A stretch of 64,000 nt of DNA from Nitrospirota bacterium (GTDB taxonomy: Bacteria; Nitrospirota; UBA9217), in NCBI GenBank assembly GCA_963754875.1, contig CAVWHO010000010.1:128001-192000 (forward strand), written 5' to 3'. Position numbers and translations under genes: made by a program. This document shows positions 20,264-31,059 of this stretch, piece by piece (the first letter of the stretch is position 1; every line of letters starts with the position of its first letter). Under the pieces are notes generated by a model. It was not told the origin of the DNA, made no database searches, and saw only the letters and a list, made by a program, of their open reading frames with translations.

Positions 20264-21748
20264 GTGGTGATCATGGAAGCACGTCTCGAATTAAAACTTT
20301 CACAAAAGCTGATCATGACGCCTCAGTTACAGCAGGCCATCAAACTGCTGCAACTGTCACGATTGGAACTGGTCCAGTCGATTTCGCAAGAACTCATCGA
20401 AAATCCGGTCTTGGAAGAAGTGTCTACGGAGGCATCCGACGAGGAAACACAGGAGGCTGAAAGTGCTTCTCCTTCTGACCTTCCGGCGACTTCGGAGCAA
20501 ACGGCGGAGAGCGCAGCGGAACCGGAGCAGGCTCAAGAGCTTAAAAGCGATCTCGAGGTAGGCCCTCAATGGGACGAGTACATGAACGAGCTGGGAGACG
20601 GCCGCGATTACGGCAGTTTCGAAGCAGATGATAAAGAGCTCCCTTCCTATGATCAGACGCTCACCCGCCTTCCCACGTTGAGCGATCATTTGTCATGGCA
20701 ACTTCACCTTTCTACGTCGGACCCCACCCTCGTAAAAGGCGGAGAGTGGATCATCGGTAACCTCGACGACGACGGTTATCTGCGCGCTTCACTCGATGAG
20801 ATCGCTCAGCAGTCCGGGATAACTATCGCCGACATGGAACGGGCGCTTGTTCTGATCCAGAATTTCGAACCTTCGGGGATCGGTGCACGCGATCTGCGTG
20901 AATGTCTGCTCATTCAAGTCAAGCAGCTCGATATGGAGGGGACCCTGGTCGATAAGATCATCGACGCATATCTTCCGGACCTGGAGAAACGGAAATATCC
21001 CAATATCGCGAAGGCCCTTGCCGTTACGCCACAGGAGGTGATGGAGGCGGCCGAGATCATCATCCATGAGCTGGAGCCGAAACCGGGACGGCCTTACCTT
21101 GCTTCCGATACGAACTATGTGGTGCCGGACGTGTATGTCGTCAAGGTGGAGGAGCGGTATGTGATCCACCTGAATGAGGAGGGACTTCCCCGAGTGCGCA
21201 TCAACTCCTACTATCGCAAATTGTTGAGTCGGAAAGACAGCATCGATAAAGTTACGAAGGATTACGTCGAAGAGAAGCTTCGCTCCGCCCAGTGGCTCAT
21301 CAAAGGCATGGAACAGCGCAATAAAACGATCTACAAAGTGGCCGAGAGCATTGTCAAGTTCCAACTGGAATTCCTCGATAAAGGCATAACACAGCTGAAA
21401 CCGATGGTTCTCAAAGATGTCGCTGAAGATATCGGTATGCACGAATCGACGATCAGCCGCGTGACGACGAACAAATATATGCATACTCCTCAGGGTATTT
21501 TCCCGATGAAATATTTCTTTACAACGGGTTTTTCCTCAGGCACCGGCGGGACCGAGATTTCCTCGCTGACCGTCAAAGATTCCATCCTGAAGATGATTAA
21601 AGAAGAAGACCCCTCCGTGCCGCTGAAGGACCAGCAGATCGTGGACGCCTTAAAAGAGCGCGGCGTCGATATTGCAAGGAGAACGGTGGCGAAATACCGC
21701 GAGGAGCTGAGAATACCGCCGACCAGCGTCAGAAAACGTATCGGATAA
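20264..21748 (+). CDS. rpoN: RNA polymerase sigma-54 factor
   Basis: MTPQLQQAIKLLQL, HESTISRVT and the RpoN box ARRTVAKYRE. Confidence 0.98.
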   Translation: MVIMEARLELKLSQKLIMTPQLQQAIKLLQLSRLELVQSISQELIENPVLEEVSTEASDEETQEAESASPSDLPATSEQTAESAAEPEQAQELKSDLEVGPQWDEYMNELGDGRDYGSFEADDKELPSYDQTLTRLPTLSDHLSWQLHLSTSDPTLVKGGEWIIGNLDDDGYLRASLDEIAQQSGITIADMERALVLIQNFEPSGIGARDLRECLLIQVKQLDMEGTLVDKIIDAYLPDLEKRKYPNIAKALAVTPQEVMEAAEIIIHELEPKPGRPYLASDTNYVVPDVYVVKVEERYVIHLNEEGLPRVRINSYYRKLLSRKDSIDKVTKDYVEEKLRSAQWLIKGMEQRNKTIYKVAESIVKFQLEFLDKGITQLKPMVLKDVAEDIGMHESTISRVTTNKYMHTPQGIFPMKYFFTTGFSSGTGGTEISSLTVKDSILKMIKEEDPSVPLKDQQIVDALKERGVDIARRTVAKYREELRIPPTSVRKRIG

Positions 21749-21803
21749 TGTCATATACCAAAGCACGGAACAATACTACTCAACATGAGATCAGGAGGTC
21801 AGT

Positions 21804-22343
21804 ATGCAGGTAAGCGTCATAGGCAGGCACATCGATGTGACAGATGCTCTCAAACAGTATGCGACGGAAAAATTCGGCAGATTGGAGAAGTATCTGCCGC
21901 AAAAAGTGCAGGCGGTCATCACCCTTTCGGTCGTAAAAAAAGTGCACCACACTGCGGAGGCGGCGATAAAGTCGAACGGCTTGCTGATCCAGGCGTCTGA
22001 AGAAACCGAGGAGATGTACTCAGCGATCGACTTGCTTGTCGAGAAGATAGAAAGAAGGGTGAGACGCTATAAAGAGAAATTAGTTGATCATAAGCACCAT
22101 GCTTCAGGAAGGACGGAAGAGCCGGCGGCAGTAGCCTCGTCCTCGCGATCAGAAGACCGTATCCCGCAGATCATCAAGACGAAACGATTCGACCTGAAAC
22201 CCATGCAGCCCGAGGAAGCCGTCATGCAAATGGAGCTTTTGGACAAAGAGTTTTTTATTTTTTCAAACGCCGGCAACGGACAAATCAACGTAATTTACAA
22301 GCGAAAAGACGGGAATGTAGGCCTTATTGAACCTGCTCGATAA
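21804..22343 (+). CDS. hpf: Ribosome hibernation promoting factor (long HPF)
   Basis: S30EA N-domain (MYSAIDL...KIERRVRRYKEK) plus C-domain (KPMQPEEAVMQM, VIYKRKDGNVGLIEP). Confidence 0.95.
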   Translation: MQVSVIGRHIDVTDALKQYATEKFGRLEKYLPQKVQAVITLSVVKKVHHTAEAAIKSNGLLIQASEETEEMYSAIDLLVEKIERRVRRYKEKLVDHKHHASGRTEEPAAVASSSRSEDRIPQIIKTKRFDLKPMQPEEAVMQMELLDKEFFIFSNAGNGQINVIYKRKDGNVGLIEPAR

Positions 22344-22358
22344 GGACGGACCAGTGCG

Positions 22359-22850
22359 ATGGCTACAATCAAGGACCTGCTGCAGGATGATTTGATTCTT
22401 GAAGAGATGACCGCGACTGACAAACCGGGTGTGATACGTGAGTTTGCCAGTCTTCTGACATCACGGGGCCGCGTGTTGAACGAGGATGAACTTGTCCGTG
22501 CCCTTGTTGATCGCGAGTCACTCGGCAGTACGGGGATAGGCGGGGGTGTCGCCATTCCTCACGGCAAGTTAAAGGGTATCACGGATATGATCGTCGCCTT
22601 CGGCAGATCGAGCAGAGGGGTGGATTTTCAAGCGCTTGATGGTCAGCCGGTTTACCTCTTTTTTCTGCTGTTAACGCCCCATGATATGGCGGGTGAACAC
22701 CTGAAAACGCTTGCCCGGATATCCCGCATACTCAAAAATCAGATTTTGTGCGAAAACTTGCGGCGCGCATCGCTCCGGCAGGAACTTCGGCGCCTGATAG
22801 GTGAAGAAGACAGTAAGTATCCCCAGCCGCAGGCCGTGCCGCTGAAATGA
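22359..22850 (+). CDS. ptsN: PTS EIIA (Ntr/fructose type)
   Basis: RESLGSTGIGGGVAIPHGK, DFQALDGQPV and HLKTLARISR. Confidence 0.92.
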   Translation: MATIKDLLQDDLILEEMTATDKPGVIREFASLLTSRGRVLNEDELVRALVDRESLGSTGIGGGVAIPHGKLKGITDMIVAFGRSSRGVDFQALDGQPVYLFFLLLTPHDMAGEHLKTLARISRILKNQILCENLRRASLRQELRRLIGEEDSKYPQPQAVPLK

Positions 22851-23734
22851 AAACCAAAGTAAAAGACATGGCCGACGCTGCGAGTGTGCTTTCCGGTCGC
22901 AAAGGTCTCGGACAGGGAAATAACATCGCCGCAGGTGATGTCTCCTGACCTGTCAACACCTCGCTCACCGGAGAGGTGGGGAGTCGACCGTACTTCATAT
23001 CCGGCCAAGCCAGCTTACGTACCTGTGTTCGCTTCCATCCGCAGAACGGCGGACGCTCGTTCGCTCGTTACTGATGCTGAAACCGGCATGTATCGTCGTG
23101 AATGGCGGCCCGGTGTGTAAAGAGCTGCTCGACAAAGCAGACACTTCCGAAATCACGATTCTGAAAACAAGAAATATCTCGAAGCTGACGAAGTTGCTAT
23201 TGGACAGACTGGTCCGGAAGATCAGCGTTCACGGCGTGTTGGTAGAGATCTTCGGTCTCGGCACACTCATCGTCGGGGAAAGCGCTGTAGGAAAAAGCGA
23301 GGCAGCGCTCGACCTGGTTCTCCGGGGGCACAAGCTCAGCTGCCGACGATCTGGTCATCCTCGAAAAGACCGACAGCGGCATAAGCGGCAAGTCGTCCGA
23401 TCTGGGTTCGGATCTGCTGCAGATTCGCGGGCTCGGGATCATTAATGTACGTGCGCTGTACGGTGAATCGGCGACAGTGGACGTGTGCAAGGTCGGCCTC
23501 GTCGTTGAACTGGAAGAGTGGAAGAAGGGACATCAGTATAGTCTTGTCGGGCTTCGCGAGCGACGCTACCGGATATTGGGCGTCAATCTGCCCTACCTGA
23601 AACTTCCGGTGAAACCGGGCCGCAATATGGCCACGCTGATCGAAGTTGCAGCACGAAACCAGATGCTGAAAAACCGGGGGATATACACCGCCAGGGACAT
23701 GAGCAAACGACTGCAGAAAAGGCTGTCAGGATGA
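22847..23734 (+). CDS. hprK: HPr kinase/phosphorylase (several frameshifts)
   Basis: Pieces in successive frames: VHGVLVEIFGLG, Walker A GESAVGKSEAALDL, ADD, LQIRGLGIINV and PVKPGRNMATLIEVAARN. Confidence 0.9.
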
Positions 23735-24596
23735 ACGGGAACACGAATTATTGTGGTAACGGGCCTTTCGGGGTCCGGCAGGAGCGCGGCGCTCAAGGCT
23801 TTTGAGGACATCGGGTTCTACTGTGTCGATAATCTTCCGCTTGCGCTTCTTTCTGCGTTCGTCGGGTTTGCCGGGCAGTCGGAGGAGACTGCCCGCTCCG
23901 CCATCGGCATCGACATCAGGGAAAAGGGATTCCCCGAGAAGTTTCCCACGCTGTACGGGACGACTTAAAATCCAGGGCTACGCGATTGAAATGTTGTTTC
24001 TCGATGCGTCGGACCAGACTATTGTGCGGCGTTTCAGCGAGACGCGCAGGCCCCATCCCCTGGCAAAAGGAACGACCTCGCTGCTGGACGGCATCCGAAA
24101 AGAACGTGAAGCGCTGAGTGAGGTCAAAAAGCTTGCGGACCGGATCATCGACACGTCCGACTTCACTGTCCATGATCTGCGCCAGACAGTCGAACGTCAG
24201 TATTCCGCCAGTGACAGCGACCGGCCGATGGTGGTCACGGTCGTTACATTCGGTTATAAATTCGGCGTGCCCTATGATCTCGATTTGCTCTTTGACCTGA
24301 GATTTTTACCGAACCCGCATTTTGTTCCGGAATTGCGGCCGCATACAGGGGAGAATGCGAGTGTCAGGGAATACATCATGGCCAGCCCTGATTCCAAGGA
24401 GTTTCTGAAAAAACTCCTGGAATTTCTCGAATATCTTTTGCCGCGATACCGTCGTGAAGGAAAGAGCTACCTTACCATTGGTTTCGGGTGCACGGGTGGC
24501 AGGCACCGTTCAGTTGCCCTTTCCCTCATTATCGCGGAGCGGCTTAGAGAGAGCGGCTACGATGTCGTCGTCAAACATCGAGATATCGGCATCTGA
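23731..24596 (+). CDS. rapZ: RNase adapter / nucleotide-binding protein RapZ (YvcJ), frameshift near 23960
   Basis: VTGLSGSGRS, FYCVDNLP, RRFSETRRPHP, RFLPNPHF and GCTGGRHRSV. Confidence 0.95.
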
Positions 24597-24705
24597 GCGG
24601 GTTTGCCGGCTCCTTGGAGTTATCAAAGCCGAACCTGTTAGCGGATCATACAGCAGTTCTACCGGCTTGGGTTTCTCTGTGGACTTACTGAAAGGAGACA
24701 GCAGC

Positions 24706-25107
24706 ATGATCGGACTGGTAGTGGTGTGTCATGAGGATATGGGCGCTGAACTGGTGAAAGCCGCCGAAATGATTGTCGGCAAAATCGCAGCAGTGGCAAC
24801 CGTCAGCGTTAAGCAGGAAAGCGCACCGGAGCTGCTCCGGGACGAGATCCAGGCCGCCATAAAAAAAGTTGATCGGAAAAAAGGCGTTATGCTGTTAACG
24901 GATATGTTTGGAGGAACGCCGTCTAATATCGCGCTCGCCTTCTTAGGAGAGACCATTGAGGTGGTGACCGGCGTTAATCTTTCGATGCTCATTAAATTTG
25001 CGAATCATCGGGATGAAAAAACGTTGCACGACCTTGCAAAACTCGTGCAGGAAGCCGCCCAGAAAAGTATCGTGATTGCAAGCCAGATGCTGAAAGGGAA
25101 AAAGTAG
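24706..25107 (+). CDS. Mannose-family PTS EIIA
   Basis: MIGLVVVCH, LTDMFGGTPSN, VVTGVNLSML and an AAGGAG RBS. Confidence 0.92.
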   Translation: MIGLVVVCHEDMGAELVKAAEMIVGKIAAVATVSVKQESAPELLRDEIQAAIKKVDRKKGVMLLTDMFGGTPSNIALAFLGETIEVVTGVNLSMLIKFANHRDEKTLHDLAKLVQEAAQKSIVIASQMLKGKK

Positions 25108-25218
25108 ACTAACTGGAGAAAAAAATGTCCTGACGGGAAAGAGGGGGATTGTATCTGCCTTGGCGAATGCTGTTTTCTCCCCGAATAGGACATTGTATTC
25201 TGGAACAGGGACACCGCA

Positions 25219-25719
25219 ATGATTGTGTTGAGCAGAATAGACGACCGATTGATTCACGGCCAGGTGGTTGAAGGGTGGGTGAATTTTCTCAAAGCTACCT
25301 GCATCCTTGTTGCAGACGATGCTGTCGCGTCAAACACCTTGCAGCGTTCTATCATGGAGTTGTCGGTTCCGCAGGGGTTGAAGGTTTTTATCGGCCGTGT
25401 TGAGGAAATCTGTGAACAGCTGCTCGCAAAGACGCTCGATGCGGAGAGGGTCATTCTCCTCTTTTCGAATCCTCGTGACGTGCTGCGGGCGGTAAAGGAC
25501 GGACTTGAATGTCGGGCCATCAACATAGGAGGGATGCATTATGTGCCCGGTAAGCGAAAACTTGTCGATGTTCTTGCGGTGAATGACGAGGATCTCGAAG
25601 CTCTTAAGGAGATTGCTGCCCGGGGGATCAAGATTGCCGTCCAGGCGGTCCCGACACAGCGCCCGCGTCCGCTCGATAAAATATTTTCCATCTGTTCAGT
25701 TACGGAGAAGAATAAATAG
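25219..25719 (+). CDS. Mannose/sorbose-family PTS EIIB
   Basis: RIDDRLIHGQVV and INIGGMH. Confidence 0.95.
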   Translation: MIVLSRIDDRLIHGQVVEGWVNFLKATCILVADDAVASNTLQRSIMELSVPQGLKVFIGRVEEICEQLLAKTLDAERVILLFSNPRDVLRAVKDGLECRAINIGGMHYVPGKRKLVDVLAVNDEDLEALKEIAARGIKIAVQAVPTQRPRPLDKIFSICSVTEKNK

Positions 25720-25802
25720 TCAGCACAGTACTGAGTACGAAGCGTACCATACTGAGGGCCTAAGGAATGAGGCAGGTTGCAATATCTTTTCAATGATCTG
25801 AA

Positions 25803-26591
25803 ATGAACTCAATGCCGGTTTTTGATTTACATATGATCGCTGCTGTCGTCGGCATCTCAATCGTCGGCGGGCTCCTCGGGCTTGACAGGACGGCGGTAGG
25901 GCAATTTATGGTATCCCAGCCGCTTGTCGTCGGGCCGATCACTGGATGGCTGCTGGGAAACGCGACGACCGGACTCATCATCGGGGCCGTGCTCGAGCTG
26001 ATCTGGGTCCTCGACATGCCCATTGGGAACTTCGTGCCTGCGGACGCGACGATTGTAACCGTTTCGACTTGTGCTATTGCTATCCTCGGGAAACCCGGCG
26101 GATCTACACTGTCGGTGATCGGGTTCAGCCTCCTTTTGACGACCGCGATGGTGCCACTGACAATGCGGGCTGATACCTTTATCCGCAAACGGAATTCCAA
26201 ATTGGTGGAGAATGTACTATCATCAGGCATTGACAACATGACGCAAGCAGTAAAGCGGGCACAGTTCGCCGGGATTACCGCTTTTTTTTTGAAGTCGTTC
26301 GTGCTGTGTTTAATTATCATTCCCGCCGGAATAGTGGCCGTTTTGCTTTTTGCACACCTGCCCGGGACTGTACATCGAGCACTCGCTCTCTTTGTTAAAC
26401 TGCTCCCGCTGCTCGGGGCAGCGCTGATAGCACGCAAACTGTCGATCAAAATGTTTGATCTGTTTTTGCTCATCGGATTTGTGGTTGCTGCAGTTTTCGG
26501 TTTATTATTCCATGTGCCCGCACTCATCGTCCTGGTGCTTACGGTGATTGCGGGCTGGCTGGGTGCCAGGTACAGTGAACGTCGATCGTAA
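25803..26591 (+). CDS. Mannose-family PTS EIIC
   Basis: LDRTAVGQFMVSQPLVVGPITG, GAVLELIW...PIG and multiple TMs. Confidence 0.9.
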   Translation: MNSMPVFDLHMIAAVVGISIVGGLLGLDRTAVGQFMVSQPLVVGPITGWLLGNATTGLIIGAVLELIWVLDMPIGNFVPADATIVTVSTCAIAILGKPGGSTLSVIGFSLLLTTAMVPLTMRADTFIRKRNSKLVENVLSSGIDNMTQAVKRAQFAGITAFFLKSFVLCLIIIPAGIVAVLLFAHLPGTVHRALALFVKLLPLLGAALIARKLSIKMFDLFLLIGFVVAAVFGLLFHVPALIVLVLTVIAGWLGARYSERRS

Positions 26592-26601
26592 GAACGTGGG
26601 G

Positions 26602-27355
26602 ATGAATGTTTTTTTTGGCGTATCCTGGAGGGCGCTGCTGCTTCAGGCGTCATGGAGCTTTGATCGCATGCAGACCCTGGGGTTCGCCTATGCCATCGAG
26701 CCCGTGCTCAGAAAGTTCTATCCGGACAGGAAGGAATATCAGGCGCGGTTGAAAGACCACCTGGAGTATTTCAATACGCAGCCTTACTTTGCTACGTTCA
26801 TCCTCGGCGCGGTCATGCGGAAAGAGGAGGACCGTGCAAGAGGCGAGGACGGCGCACGGGAAGTCGTCAGACTTAAAAACTGCGCTCATGGCCCCGTTGG
26901 GAGCATTGGGGGACAGTTTCTTTTGGGGAGCGCTCAAGCCATTTGCCGCCATCATTGCCGTAGCAGTATTGATAATGGGATCATGGTGGGCGCCGATACT
27001 TTATCTCGTGCTTTTTAACATATGGCACGTAAGCCTTCGAATCGGCCTTTTACTGTGGGGCTACAGAAGCGGCGGCGATGCAGTGTCGCTTTTAGCCATC
27101 TACAACTTTACTAAGATGGCCAGGCTGTTCAAGATCATATCACTCACGGTCCTCGGCGGCATTCTCGGCATGATCCCGCTTTGGAGACCGGAATTCAGGA
27201 TCGAATACCCCATCCCCGGAGTCGTCATGGTTATTTCGGGCATAGCTTGCACGTTTGGCCTGGTCGGTATGCTGCGGAGAGGCGGTTCTCCTATAAAACT
27301 CATGTTCGGACTGGCAATCATCTGTTTGGTACTGGCATATGCGGGAGTTATTTAA
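26602..27355 (+). CDS. Mannose-family PTS EIID, frameshift near 26875
   Basis: QASWSFDRMQTLGFAY and HLEYFNTQPY, then LMAPLGALGDSFFWG in the next frame. Confidence 0.92.
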
Positions 27356-27624
27356 TGATTAAAAAAGAGCTTATGATCGAAAACAAACTCGGTCTCCATG
27401 CACGGGCAGCTGCCCAAATCGTAAAGACATCGAACTCCTATGCATCGAAAGTTACGATCAGCAAGGATGGGTTGGAAGTCGACGGCAAGAGCATTATGGG
27501 TATCATGATGCTTGCCGCTGCAAAAGGAAGCAGCGTTTTACTGAGCATACAGGGGAATGACGAAAACGCGACGGTAGAAGGCCTTGAGAGGCTCTTTAAG
27601 GACAAGTTCGGGGAAAAAGAATAA
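27355..27624 (+). CDS. ptsH: Phosphocarrier protein HPr
   Basis: NKLGLHARAAA (His15) and VDGKSIMGIMMLAA (Ser46). Confidence 0.96.
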   Translation: MIKKELMIENKLGLHARAAAQIVKTSNSYASKVTISKDGLEVDGKSIMGIMMLAAAKGSSVLLSIQGNDENATVEGLERLFKDKFGEKE

Positions 27625-27691
27625 AAAATCGGATTTGGTAGTCAAAGTTCAAGGCCGGGTTGCCCTTGCGGCCGCCTCAGGCAGGAATCGC

Positions 27692-29447
27692 ATGCACGAG
27701 AAAATATATAGAGGGATTGTCGCTTCTCCTGGTATCGTGATCGGCAGGGTCTATCTGCTCGACCGACAGAAGATCGTTGTTGCAGGACGTCGGATCGAAG
27801 ACGTCAGCGTCAAGGACGAGGTGTGCGCGCTTCAAAAAAGCCGTGGAGCTTTCCCGTGGCCAGTTGGAGGATCTCAAGAAGCGCATCAGTAAAGGACTGG
27901 GAAAATCGCATCTCTATATCCTCGAAACCCATATCATGCTGCTGGAAGATAAGATGCTGGTGGAGGGGACGATCAAGCGTATCAAGGAGTCGTTCCTGAA
28001 TGCTGAAGGTGCACTCAAAGAAACGATAAGGGCCATCGGGCTAAAGTTCGATTCCATAAAAGACGAATATCTTCGCGAACGAAAACAAGACGTCGAACAG
28101 GTTGGCGAACGGGTCCTGAGGAACCTCGTCGGCCACAAGCAGGAGAGTCTTGCCGATATCAAGGAAGAGGCCGTCATCGTAGCCCATGATCTGGCTCCTA
28201 CCGACACGCTCATGATGCGGAAAGACAAAATCCTTGGTTTTGTCACCGATGCTGGCAGCAGGACGTCTCACACCGTCATCCTCGCCCGATCTCTCGGCAT
28301 ACCTGCAGCAGTGGGGCTGGAGAACATCACTGCTGCAGTCAAGACGGGCGACGTGGTCATCCTGGACGGTGTCCATGGAGTGGTAATAGTCGACCCGGAC
28401 GAGGAAACGTTCCTTGATTACCTGCAGAAACAACGCAAGTACAAGTATTTTGAGCAGGAGCTGGACAAGCTGAGAACGCTTCCCGCCGAAACTCTTGACG
28501 GACACGTCGTTGAATTGCAGGGAAACATTGAGCTGCCTGAAGAAGCGAATTCCACGGCTGAACACGGCGGCCTCGGTATCGGCCTGTACCGCACGGAATT
28601 CCTTTTCCTGAACCGGCAGGCGTTACCCACGGAAGAGGAACACTATATTGCCTACCGCCATGTCGCAGAACGGGCGGCCCCGCACGAGGTAGTGATCCGG
28701 ACACTCGACGTGGGAGGGGACAAGGTCGGCTTCCCCGGTGAATTCGATCAGGAGGTGAACCCGGCACTCGGATTGCGGGCGATTCGTTTCTGCCTTCAGA
28801 AACGCGATATGTTCAAAACCCAGCTTCGCGGTATCCTGCGCGCTGCGGCGCACGGGAATGTCAAGATTTTGGTTCCCATGATATCGGGCCTCACCGAAAT
28901 CCGTGAAACAAAAAGACTGCTCCAGGAGGTCAAGGCAGAACTACGTTCCGAAGGCAAGGCTTTTCAGGAAGATCTGAAAATTGGCGTGATGATAGAGATC
29001 CCTTCTGCCGCGCTGATAGCAGATCTCCTTGCCAAGGAAGTGGATTTTTTCAGCGTGGGTACCAACGACCTGATACAGTACACATTGGCGATCGACCGAC
29101 AAAATGAACACGTAGCATACATGTATGAGCCTCTCGACCCGGCCGTGCTCCGCCTGCTCCAGCGTGTGTCGGAAGCTGCACATCAAGCCAATATCCCGCT
29201 CGCGATGTGCGGTGAGATGGCCGGCGATCCGTTGTATGCAGCGATCCTGCTCGGCATGGGTTTTCAACACTTGAGTATGAACGTGGCATCCATCCCCTGG
29301 GTGAAGCGGGTCGTCCGCTCCATCAGAATGCAGGATGCAGTAGAACTCGCAAACCTGGTGATGCAACAAACGAATGCAATGCAAGCAAGGAATACGGCGG
29401 AAAGTTTTATCGAAGAACGGTTCCCGGATCTGGCGGCCGAGCTGTAA
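27692..29447 (+). CDS. ptsI: PEP-protein phosphotransferase Enzyme I, frameshift near 27820
   Basis: GIVASPGIVIG, SRTSHTVILAR, GLYRTEFLF, NPALGLRAIR, SVGTNDLIQY and CGEMAG. Confidence 0.96.
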
Positions 29448-29506
29448 GAAATCAATCCCTCGTTGAATGCACACAGGTTGGAATACTAAGTGTAAGGGAG
29501 TAGAGA

Positions 29507-30632
29507 GTGCAGGATACCGAAGTGCATACTGTTGATGTTATCTCCGCGGGAAAGAATGGCCCAAAAATATCGAAAGCTCACGGAGGCAATATTTATGAGG
29601 CCGCGAGGCACTACGGTTTCGATCCGGGCAAGATTATTGACTTCAGCTCGAACGTGAACCCCTTGGGACCTTCATCGGATGCGATAGGAGCAGCGAAAAG
29701 AGCGCTCTCCCATGTCGAACGCTATCCTGATCCGGAGATGGCCGATCTCAGACGGGGGATTGCCAGATATTTCGGCATAAAACCTGAGCAGGTGATGTGC
29801 GGCAATGGTTCCAATGCGCTTATTCACCTAATCCCTCGTATTTTTCGGCCGAGGAAGGTTTTGATTCCAATCCCGACTTTCTCGGAATACGCCGCGGCAG
29901 CAGAAAATGCCGGCGCCGAGGTCGTGACGTTTCCGCTCAAGGAGCACGACGGTTTTCGCATTGATCCAGTAGAAATGGCTTTTGCGCTCACGGGCGTGGA
30001 TATGGCGTTCCTCTGCAATCCCAACAACCCCACCGGTCAGAGTTATTTCGAAAAGCGAGATGCTTGAAGATTATGAAGTTGCTCAGCAGCGCGGAGTAAA
30101 GTTGGTTGTCGACGAAGCGTTTATGGATTTCATGGAGTCCGAATCGATCATCAAGGAGACCGTGCACACATCGAGTATTATCTGCCTACGGGCCTTTACG
30201 AAGTTTTTCGGCATGCCGGGGTTCCGCGTCGGGTATGCAGTATCCGACGAAACGACCATCGCAGCATTGCGGGGAGGGCAGGAACCTTGGACCGTGTCAA
30301 TTCCGGCGGAACGGGCCGCGATAGCCGCATTGGGCGATTGGTCATACATCAAAAAGACACGCTCGCTTATTGCACGGGAGCGCGACCGCCTGCTTTCCGC
30401 TCTCCGTCTTCTGCCCGGAGTGGAGACCTTTCCCTGCTCGGCGAATTTCATTCTCTTTAAACTGACGTCGATGGATGCCTATACGCTGAGGGAAAAACTC
30501 GGTGCTCAAGGCATGCTCGTACGTGACTGCTCGACCTTTCCAGGCCTTGACGGCCGCTATATCCGGATCGCGGTAAGATCTCGACGCGAGAACAAACGCC
30601 TCATTAAGTCGCTCCGATCGATGTTGCTCTGA
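29507..30632 (+). CDS. cobD: Threonine-phosphate decarboxylase (CobD/HisC-like), frameshift(s) near 30040-30070
   Basis: HGGNIY, IDFSSNVNPLG, CNPNNPTG, VDEAFMDF, TKFFGMPGFRVGY and VRDCSTFPGL. Confidence 0.8.
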
Positions 30633-30657
30633 GCGCTATCGCCAGCCAAAAAATATT

Positions 30658-30686
30658 TTGCAAAATAATCATCTCTGTGATACAGT
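30658..30686 (+). promoter_or_regulatory. Putative sigma70 promoter
   Basis: TTGCAA-N17-TACAGT with extended TG. Confidence 0.5.
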
Positions 30687-30861
30687 AAACAGAAACCATC
30701 TGAAATTACGGCAGATTTCGTCAATTTTGTATGAGAATCGGCGAATATCTTACTGTCGGATCAGCATGCCGTCGATGTTTGGTATGCGGACATGAACGCG
30801 GAAGTGATTTCCTTTTCGTGGCGGAAGTGCTTCGCGAGTGATGAAACGCGGAGGATTGGTC

Positions 30862-31059
30862 ATGGAACCGATCATGTGCCCCTATTGCGGGGGAACTAAC
30901 CTGTTTCAGGAAGACGATTACAGCATTGAACTCGATTTTGAATACTGGACCATTCACCACTGGGAGTGTCTGGACTGTGCACAGTCATTCGACAAGATTG
31001 AAATTCTTCCCGCATCCAACTCTTTTGAGGCAATAAATAATGAGAGCACCATCCACTGA
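30862..31059 (+). CDS. Small acidic zinc-ribbon protein (CPYCG...CLDC)
   Basis: 65 aa with two CxxC pairs and a GGAGGA RBS at 30850-30855. Confidence 0.7.
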   Translation: MEPIMCPYCGGTNLFQEDDYSIELDFEYWTIHHWECLDCAQSFDKIEILPASNSFEAINNESTIH

